The notes under the pieces were generated by a model. The model ran no database searches and had not been told where the DNA came from. It saw only the letters and a program-made list of their open reading frames with translations. Below, piece by piece: positions 26,095 to 32,000 of a DNA stretch of 32,000 bases. The DNA comes from Candidatus Nitrosopumilus koreensis AR1. GTDB taxonomy: Archaea; Thermoproteota; Nitrososphaeria; Nitrososphaerales; Nitrosopumilaceae. How positions within the stretch are numbered: position 1 is the stretch's first letter; every line of letters starts with the position of its first letter. A program made the translations under genes and the position numbers. The stretch lies in contig NC_018655.1 of assembly GCF_000299365.1 (NCBI RefSeq), forward strand, positions 720,001 through 752,000, in the 5' to 3' direction.

Positions 26095-26968
26095 TTTTTC
26101 TTACCTTCTTTTGAAGAATTTTTTTTAGAGGGATTGAATAGTTTTGATCAGTTAATAGTGAAATTGTATCAACTTTGTTTTTCATCATATTTGTTAGAAA
26201 TCTTGAATCATTTTCAGCAACCAACCTACTGTACGAGTTTCTAAAATCTTCATCAGAAGTATCAACTAAGAGTTGTTCTCCTGATTCCTCATCTTCTAAT
26301 TCTATCAGCCCAACGTCTGGAATTTCTTTCTCTCTGGGATCAATAATTCTCAAGGCTATTACATCATGACGTTTACGCAATATTTTGAGAGGTTTTAGAT
26401 AGTCACTGTTATCAATAAAATCAGAAATTACAAAAACAATACTTTTTCGTTTTATTGTCTGAGATACTCGCTCTAGGGGGGTTTTTAGGCTAGTTTTTGC
26501 CGAATTAGGCGTAAAATTGGAGATAACATCCAATAATTTCAGGACATGTTTTCTACCCTTTCTTACAGGAATGAATTTCTCAACATTATCTGTAACTAAA
26601 AAAACACCTACACCGTCGTTATTTCTTAATGCTGCAAACATCAGACTGGCAATAATCTCAAGAGATTTTTCCTTCTTGGAGATGTTTGTTCCAAAACTGC
26701 CAGAACCAGACACATCTATAACAAAATAGACTTGAAGATCCCTTTCTTCAATAAACTCTTTGATGTAAGGGTGATTAAATCTTGCAGTTACTTTCCAATC
26801 AATTGCTCGTATGTCATCTCCTGCTCTGTAATCTCTAATTTCAGAAAATTCAATTCCTTGTCCTTTAAAAACAGAATTGTAGTTACCTGTGATTATTCCA
26901 TCAACTAGTTGTTTTGTTTTAATATCTAACTTTTTGATTTTTTTTAAGATTGTTTTTGTTTGAGACAT
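26081..26968 (-). CDS. DUF58 protein (MoxR-associated, VWA-like fold)
   Basis: 295 aa. GxGIEFSEIRDYRAGDDIRAIDWKVTAR signature of DUF58. Confidence 0.85.
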   Translation of the reverse strand: MSQTKTILKKIKKLDIKTKQLVDGIITGNYNSVFKGQGIEFSEIRDYRAGDDIRAIDWKVTARFNHPYIKEFIEERDLQVYFVIDVSGSGSFGTNISKKEKSLEIIASLMFAALRNNDGVGVFLVTDNVEKFIPVRKGRKHVLKLLDVISNFTPNSAKTSLKTPLERVSQTIKRKSIVFVISDFIDNSDYLKPLKILRKRHDVIALRIIDPREKEIPDVGLIELEDEESGEQLLVDTSDEDFRNSYSRLVAENDSRFLTNMMKNKVDTISLLTDQNYSIPLKKILQKKVRKNGRI

Positions 26969-26989
26969 GTTATCACCAAACTTACGTTG

Positions 26990-27988
26990 TTAAGGAATCT
27001 TGATTTTTTCTAGTATTTTTTGTATCACGTTATCAGATGTTATTTCTTCAGATTCTGCCTCATAGGTCAAAATTATTCTGTGTCGTAAAACATCATATGT
27101 AACATCTTGAACATCTTCAGGAATTACATATCCTCGTCCATGTAACAAGGCATTTGCTTTTGCAGAAATTGTTAACCAGATTGAGGCTCTAGGAGAAGCT
27201 CCATATTCTATTTGATCAGTTAAAGGAAGATCATACTTTTCAGGAAATCTTGTAGCATCAACAATTTGTGAAATATATTTTCGAATTTTCTCATCAGCAT
27301 AAATTTTTGGTACAAATTGCTGCATTTGCAATAATTCTTCGGCAGACATAATTTTTGCAGCATTATATGAAATTCCTTCAGTAAATCTTTGGATTATTTC
27401 AGATTCTTGTTCTATGTTTGGATATGTGATTAAAAGCTTGAACATGAAACGGTCCACTTGTGCCTCAGGTAATTTGTAAGTGCCTTCGGATTCTACTGGA
27501 TTTTGTGTAGCCATTACAAAAAAAGGCTGTTCTAATGGATATGTTTCGCCTTGAATGCTAACTTGATGTTCTTGCATTGCTTCAAGTAATGCCGATTGTA
27601 CCTTTGGAGGGGCACGATTTATCTCATCTGCAAGTATAAAATTTGAGAATATTGGTCCCTTTATTGTCTTAAAAGATGTGGATTCATGATCATAAATTTT
27701 AGTTCCTGTAATGTCTGCAGGTAAAAGATCTGGGGTGAATTGCAATCTAACGAATTTAGAATCAATGCAGTCAGACAAAGTTTGGACAAGTAATGTTTTG
27801 GCCAAACCAGGAACCCCCTCAAGCAAAACATGACCTTTTGATAGTAATGCAATCACTAGTTTTCTAATAATTTGATCTTGACCTACAATTATTTTTGAGA
27901 TTTCCTTTTGGAGGTTTTTAAGAGGTATGGAGAAATCTTCAGCTTGATTAGTTAATGTGTTAATTTCTTGACTCATGGTTTCCACCAA
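26990..27988 (-). CDS. MoxR-family AAA+ ATPase
   Basis: 332 aa. Walker A GVPGLAKT, Walker B ILADEINRAPPKVQSALLEAMQE, ...ATQNPVE... Confidence 0.92.
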   Translation of the reverse strand: MVETMSQEINTLTNQAEDFSIPLKNLQKEISKIIVGQDQIIRKLVIALLSKGHVLLEGVPGLAKTLLVQTLSDCIDSKFVRLQFTPDLLPADITGTKIYDHESTSFKTIKGPIFSNFILADEINRAPPKVQSALLEAMQEHQVSIQGETYPLEQPFFVMATQNPVESEGTYKLPEAQVDRFMFKLLITYPNIEQESEIIQRFTEGISYNAAKIMSAEELLQMQQFVPKIYADEKIRKYISQIVDATRFPEKYDLPLTDQIEYGASPRASIWLTISAKANALLHGRGYVIPEDVQDVTYDVLRHRIILTYEAESEEITSDNVIQKILEKIKIP

Positions 27989-28244
27989 ATATGCTAGTTT
28001 TCAGGAAAAATATTTAAAAATTACTGAACAAAATTAAAAAATTTTAAAAATAGTTATTCACAAATCAATAGTCATTTTACAAACAAAGACTCAAGAAAGA
28101 TCATGATATTTAGATTCATGACTCTTGGTTCACAGACCAATAGTCGCTTTACGGGTATTGGCTTAATGTTGGCTGTTTTATGTTAAATTAAAACTATGTA
28201 AGATTAAGGGAATGTTTCAACATGAATCATAACAATAATGGAAA

Positions 28245-28274
28245 GGTTAACCCTGATTGGTAATGGGGGTTAAC
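28245..28274. promoter_or_regulatory. BirA-operator-like inverted repeat GGTTAACC-N15-GGTTAAC (site B), ending 2 nt before the bioA stop codon
   Basis: Read directly: GGTTAACCctgattggtaatgggGGTTAACagt. Confidence 0.6.
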
Positions 28275-28276
28275 AG

Positions 28277-29590
28277 TCAGATTACCTGTGATTTTGCGCC
28301 TTGTATTGTCTTAATGGTGCGTTTTAGGAGCATGTCTAGTTCTTTTTCAGATATTGCCAAAGGTGGAACAAGCATGACTATGTTACCTAAAGTACGAAGA
28401 TAGATTCCATTCTTTTTACCCTCTTCGTAGAATATCTTATTGATTGATTTTTTAGGATGAATTGGAGTTTTCTTCTTTCTATCTGTGACCAGTTCTATTC
28501 CCATTAACATTCCTTTATGTCTGATATCTCCCACAATATCAATTTCTGAAATCTCATTGTAGTACTTTTCAAATATTTTGGATGTCTTTTGAATTTTTTT
28601 GATCAGATTATTTTTTTGATACATTTTGATATTCTCATTTGCAACTGCTGCTGCAAGAGGGTTTCCAGTGTAGGTGTGTCCGTGAAAGAGATGTTTCCAA
28701 TCATTAAATTCTCCTGAAAATGAATCATATACTTTTTTGTTTGCAAGAGTTGCAGCCATTGTAAGATAACCCCCTGTTAACATTTTTCCATATGCCACAA
28801 TGTCGGGGATAGATTTTTGTTCTTCATATTGTGTCATCGATCCCAATCTTCCAAAACCAGTTGCAATTTCATCTAAGACAAACAACACATCATATTTTTT
28901 ACATAGTTGGCTAATTTTATTTTGAAAGCCTTTTGGATATATAATGACTCCTCCCGCTACTTGTGCACCGCTTTCCATTACAAATGCTGCAATGTTTTTA
29001 TTTTTTGAAAATTTATTTTCAATTTTTTCAAGACATTGATTTTGATAATCAGAAATTGTAACTCCTTTTGGTAATTTGTATTTTTTTGGAACTTGGAATT
29101 GTATTGTTTTGAATAGTTGTTTTTTGAATTTGCCAAAAAATTCTGGTACATATCCTACAGCCATTGCACCAAATGTATCTCCATGATATCCGTTTTCTAC
29201 TGTAGCAATCTCTGTTTTTTCAATTCCTTTATTTTTCCAATATTGTAGCGCAATTTTGATTGCAATTTCCATTGCTGAAGATCCATTGTCTGAAAAAAAT
29301 ACCTTGTGCATCCCAGGCGACATTTTTACAAGACTGTCTGCTAGTTTCTCTGCAGGCTCATTTGTGATGTTAAACATTGAAGAATGTTGTAGTTTTTTAC
29401 TCTGATTTGTGATTGCTTTGACTAGTTGAGGATTAGAATGGCCCCACACATTACACCACATCGAGGCTACAGCATCTATCATTTTATGGCCTTTTGAGTC
29501 AATTAACCACACTCCTTTGGCATTGGTAATTTTATCAAAAGTGCTCCATTCTTTCATCTGAGTGTTTGGGTGCCAAACAGAACTTTTCAA
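28277..29590 (-). CDS. bioA: Adenosylmethionine-8-amino-7-oxononanoate aminotransferase
   Basis: 437 aa. VWHPNTQ N-terminal motif, class-III aminotransferase pattern (DEIATGFGRLG). TTG start implied because the WHP motif precedes the first ATG. Confidence 0.88.
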   Translation of the reverse strand: MKSSVWHPNTQMKEWSTFDKITNAKGVWLIDSKGHKMIDAVASMWCNVWGHSNPQLVKAITNQSKKLQHSSMFNITNEPAEKLADSLVKMSPGMHKVFFSDNGSSAMEIAIKIALQYWKNKGIEKTEIATVENGYHGDTFGAMAVGYVPEFFGKFKKQLFKTIQFQVPKKYKLPKGVTISDYQNQCLEKIENKFSKNKNIAAFVMESGAQVAGGVIIYPKGFQNKISQLCKKYDVLFVLDEIATGFGRLGSMTQYEEQKSIPDIVAYGKMLTGGYLTMAATLANKKVYDSFSGEFNDWKHLFHGHTYTGNPLAAAVANENIKMYQKNNLIKKIQKTSKIFEKYYNEISEIDIVGDIRHKGMLMGIELVTDRKKKTPIHPKKSINKIFYEEGKKNGIYLRTLGNIVMLVPPLAISEKELDMLLKRTIKTIQGAKSQVI

Positions 29591-29660
29591 CAGATTTCAT
29601 ATAATTTCAGATCTTAATAATTAACCGATGAGTTAATCAATAGATTCTTCTAAAAATTAT

Positions 29661-30347
29661 TTGTTGAAATCCCTCTTTATTGCAGGAACTGATACTGATG
29701 TTGGAAAAACCTACATTACTGCAGGTCTTGCAGTTGCACTTCGTAAAATGAATGTGGATGTTGGTGTAATGAAACCTTTTGCAGCTGGCACTGCACAGAA
29801 AAAAGGCTACAAGTCTGAAGATGTTGAAATCTTATCTAATGCTGCTCAAACTTTTGATTCTGAAAATTTGGTAAACCCTCAATTCTTTCCAATCCCTGCA
29901 TCTCCATACACTGCTTGGAAAAATCTAAAAATAAAACCCAAAATTTCTACGGTATTATCTAGTTTCAAAAAACTATCAAAATTACATGACTTGATTCTTG
30001 TTGAGGGTATGGGGGGAATAATGACGCCCATTCTCAAAAACTATTACATCACAAATCTGATTAAAGAAATGAGTATTCCAACTGTAATTGTAACTAGAAG
30101 TAAAATTGGAACTGTAAACCACACTGTAATGACAACAGAGATGTGTAAAAAATATAAAATTCCAATCAAAGGAATAATAATTAATGATTTTGATACTGGC
30201 TATCCTGTTAAAGAGTTGACAAGAGACTTGCAAAATCTTACAGGAGTTAAAGTATTAGGTTCGATTCCTTTCATTAAAGACATGGGCGATAGTTCACTGA
30301 ATAATATTTTCAAAAAGAATATTGATTTGAAATCATTAGTAAAATGA
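29661..30347 (+). CDS. bioD: Dethiobiotin synthase
   Basis: 228 aa. P-loop GTDTDVGKT and LVEGMGG. TTG start. Confidence 0.88.
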   Translation: MLKSLFIAGTDTDVGKTYITAGLAVALRKMNVDVGVMKPFAAGTAQKKGYKSEDVEILSNAAQTFDSENLVNPQFFPIPASPYTAWKNLKIKPKISTVLSSFKKLSKLHDLILVEGMGGIMTPILKNYYITNLIKEMSIPTVIVTRSKIGTVNHTVMTTEMCKKYKIPIKGIIINDFDTGYPVKELTRDLQNLTGVKVLGSIPFIKDMGDSSLNNIFKKNIDLKSLVK

Positions 30348-30749
30348 TTATGAATAATATTCTTTGAATCCCTTATCTGTGGAATACAGTTCAATTTTTG
30401 GGCCAAACATTCCTTGTTTTTCTATTACTTTGATGAGACCTTTATTCTCTAATTCTTGCAAAATCAAATCAAGTTCTTTGTTTTCCATTTTTACTGATCT
30501 TTGAATTTTCTCAAATGTGTTTGCCCCTTGATGCATTATCCCTAAAACTTGCATATCTTTTGTTTGTGGCTTTAGTGGTTCTTGTTTAGTGTTGAATTCT
30601 GTTTTTTGTGTCTCTTGATAAGGCATATCTTGTGTTCTGTAATTGTCATTGCTTTGACTTCTTTTTCGAATCAGTCTTGGAATTATTCTTGATAGTGGAA
30701 TTGCTAAGAAAATAAGTAGATAAATCCAAGAAAAATTTGGGTCTGCCAT
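30348..30749 (-). CDS. Membrane-tethered winged-helix protein
   Basis: 133 aa. N-terminal TM (WIYLLIFLAIPL), polar linker, and a C-terminal wHTH-like segment (LGIMHQGANTFEKIQRSVKMENKELDLILQELENKGLIKV). Confidence 0.6.
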   Translation of the reverse strand: MADPNFSWIYLLIFLAIPLSRIIPRLIRKRSQSNDNYRTQDMPYQETQKTEFNTKQEPLKPQTKDMQVLGIMHQGANTFEKIQRSVKMENKELDLILQELENKGLIKVIEKQGMFGPKIELYSTDKGFKEYYS

Positions 30750-30841
30750 AAATTATCTGAGTGTTCTTGAGATAAATTTGTTCATTTTATGACAATGTTG
30801 ATGTCTGACACTACCGATGGTATAATAGTAGTAATCGCATA

Positions 30842-31714
30842 GTGGAATGGATGTCCAAGTATCAATCACCAAAAATGTCAGTTAACATTAATGCTGCCAA
30901 AGGTGTTGTGATTGGAATTATTATTTTGATCATCATAGGTGTTGTAGCTACAGCATCCGTCAAGATTGTAGAGGCAGGACACAGAGGGGTATTGTTACAC
31001 TGGAATGCAGTTGATTTAACCCAACCTCCGCTTGAAGAAGGTCTGCATTTTGTAGTTCCATTTCAAGACGAAGTAGTCAATATTGAAGTTCGTACGCTGA
31101 AATATGCAAATGATGCAAGAAGTGCATCCAGAGATCTGCAAACCGTAGAAACAACTGTTACAGTAAACTATCATCCTGATAAAGAATCAGTACACACACT
31201 ATACAAAAATCTTGGATTGGATTATGAAGATAGAGTGATTCAACCTGCAATTGAAGAAACTGTGAAACAAGTAACTGCACGATATAATGCTGAAGAGTTA
31301 ATCACAAAAAGACCTCTAGTTAAAGACGATATTGAATCTTCTATTCGTGACAGATTAAATCAATTCAATGTGGTGACAGAAGTTATTTCCATTACTGACT
31401 TTGAATTCTCACCATTATTTGCTCAAGCTATTGAATCAAAAGTAGAAGCAGAGCAAAATGCACTCAAGGCAGAAAATGATTTGAGACGAATTGAGGTGGA
31501 GGCAAGACAACGTGAGGCAAACGCCATTGGTCTTGCCAATGCAAATATTGCAGAAGCCAAAGGTGAGGCCGAAGCTATCGCAATTATTAACAAAGCACTT
31601 TCTGAGAATCCAAACTATCTGGAATGGCTAAAAACACAAGCCTGGGATGGAAAGTTGCCCCTGGTAGTCGGTGAAGGTGGAACTCCATTTATTCAGATAC
31701 CTGTGAATCCCTAG
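30842..31714 (+). CDS. SPFH/band-7 (prohibitin-like) membrane protein
   Basis: 290 aa. TM anchor, then KIVEAGHRGVLL...GLHFVVPF... and a C-terminal coiled coil. The start could instead be ATG 30851 or 30875. Confidence 0.88.
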   Translation: MEWMSKYQSPKMSVNINAAKGVVIGIIILIIIGVVATASVKIVEAGHRGVLLHWNAVDLTQPPLEEGLHFVVPFQDEVVNIEVRTLKYANDARSASRDLQTVETTVTVNYHPDKESVHTLYKNLGLDYEDRVIQPAIEETVKQVTARYNAEELITKRPLVKDDIESSIRDRLNQFNVVTEVISITDFEFSPLFAQAIESKVEAEQNALKAENDLRRIEVEARQREANAIGLANANIAEAKGEAEAIAIINKALSENPNYLEWLKTQAWDGKLPLVVGEGGTPFIQIPVNP

Positions 31715-31724
31715 TCTTTGAAAA

Positions 31725-32000
31725 TCAATTGTTTTGTTTTTCTCTAAGTATATCAAACATTGCTAGGAACTGATCTGGTTCATTTTGCCTGTAATGTTTT
31801 TCTAAATTCTGAATCTCTTTATGTGATTTTTTTTCATTTTTTTGTTCATAATACTCTTTGATGATTTGTGATGGTGTTTTTGTTATGTTGTATTTTTGTA
31901 GTGTTTGGTTTACTGATCTTTTACAAAGATAATCATACAGAGCATATTTGTACACTATATACCCTGTTAACCCTACTATTGCAACAATAATTATCGGTAT
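31725..32000 (-). CDS. Hypothetical membrane-anchored protein (5' end outside window)
   Basis: The frame stays open upstream of the listed GTG to the window edge and encodes a TM helix (IPIIIVAIVGLTGYIVYKY). Confidence 0.5.
   Translation of the reverse strand: MPIIIVAIVGLTGYIVYKYALYDYLCKRSVNQTLQKYNITKTPSQIIKEYYEQKNEKKSHKEIQNLEKHYRQNEPDQFLAMFDILREKQNN

Noticed and set aside
5243-26482. Recurrent TAGGGGGGTT-like G6 motif (5243, 5503, 23477, 26473)
   Set aside because: One copy is part of operator site A and one is inside the DUF58 coding frame (KTPLE). The remaining two do not share extended context. There are too few copies, and they are too heterogeneous, to call a motif.
1401-31972. Isolated GTTAAC/GGTTAAC hexamers or heptamers (for example 1401, 2283, 5976, 13745, 14724, 17051, 22729, 27171, 28776, 30881, 31966) as further operator sites
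   Set aside because: All are in coding sequence or the decayed tract and lack a partner arm 14-15 nt away. Their number is close to chance expectation for the hexamer.

Overview
Visibly AT-rich archaeal chromosomal segment. It most likely comes from a Nitrosopumilus-like ammonia-oxidising thaumarchaeon. That is an inference from archaeal-only genes: eS4, RNase P Rpp29 inside the r-protein operon, proteasome alpha and a CdvB-like ESCRT-III protein. Layout: (1) 1-3.2 kb holds small housekeeping genes (DUF427, purC, ArsR-type regulator, PPOX-like). (2) 3.2-7.6 kb looks accessory: a histone-H1-like Lys/Ala/Pro repeat protein with a perfect 72-bp tandem duplication, orphan membrane proteins, a 1.16-kb ORF-free tract that reads like a decayed gene, tRNA-Asn(GUU), and a 4-copy palindromic repeat family. 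(3) 7.6-15.7 kb is a minus-strand ribosomal protein operon, rpl3-rpl4-rpl23-rps19-rpl22-rps3-rpl29-rnp1-rps17-rpl14-rpl24-rps4e-rpl5-rps14-rps8-rpl6, with rpl2 absent from its canonical slot. (4) 15.8-21.3 kb carries a SPOUT-type methyltransferase, psmA, DUF371, the CdvB-like protein and a split DipZ-type CcdA/thioredoxin pair. (5) 21.3-30.3 kb carries the biotin genes bioF-bioB and bioA/bioD, interrupted by a MoxR AAA+ / DUF58 / VWA (BatA-like) / BatD-like operon. That interruption is bracketed by two copies of a BirA-operator-like inverted repeat (GGTTAACC-N15-GGTTAAC), and a third copy sits upstream of rpl3. (6) 30.3-32 kb has a membrane-tethered wHTH protein and an SPFH/prohibitin protein. 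I recognised no CRISPR array, rRNA, transposase or integrase. All product calls rest on my reading of the translated ORFs and on gene order; no database search was possible.
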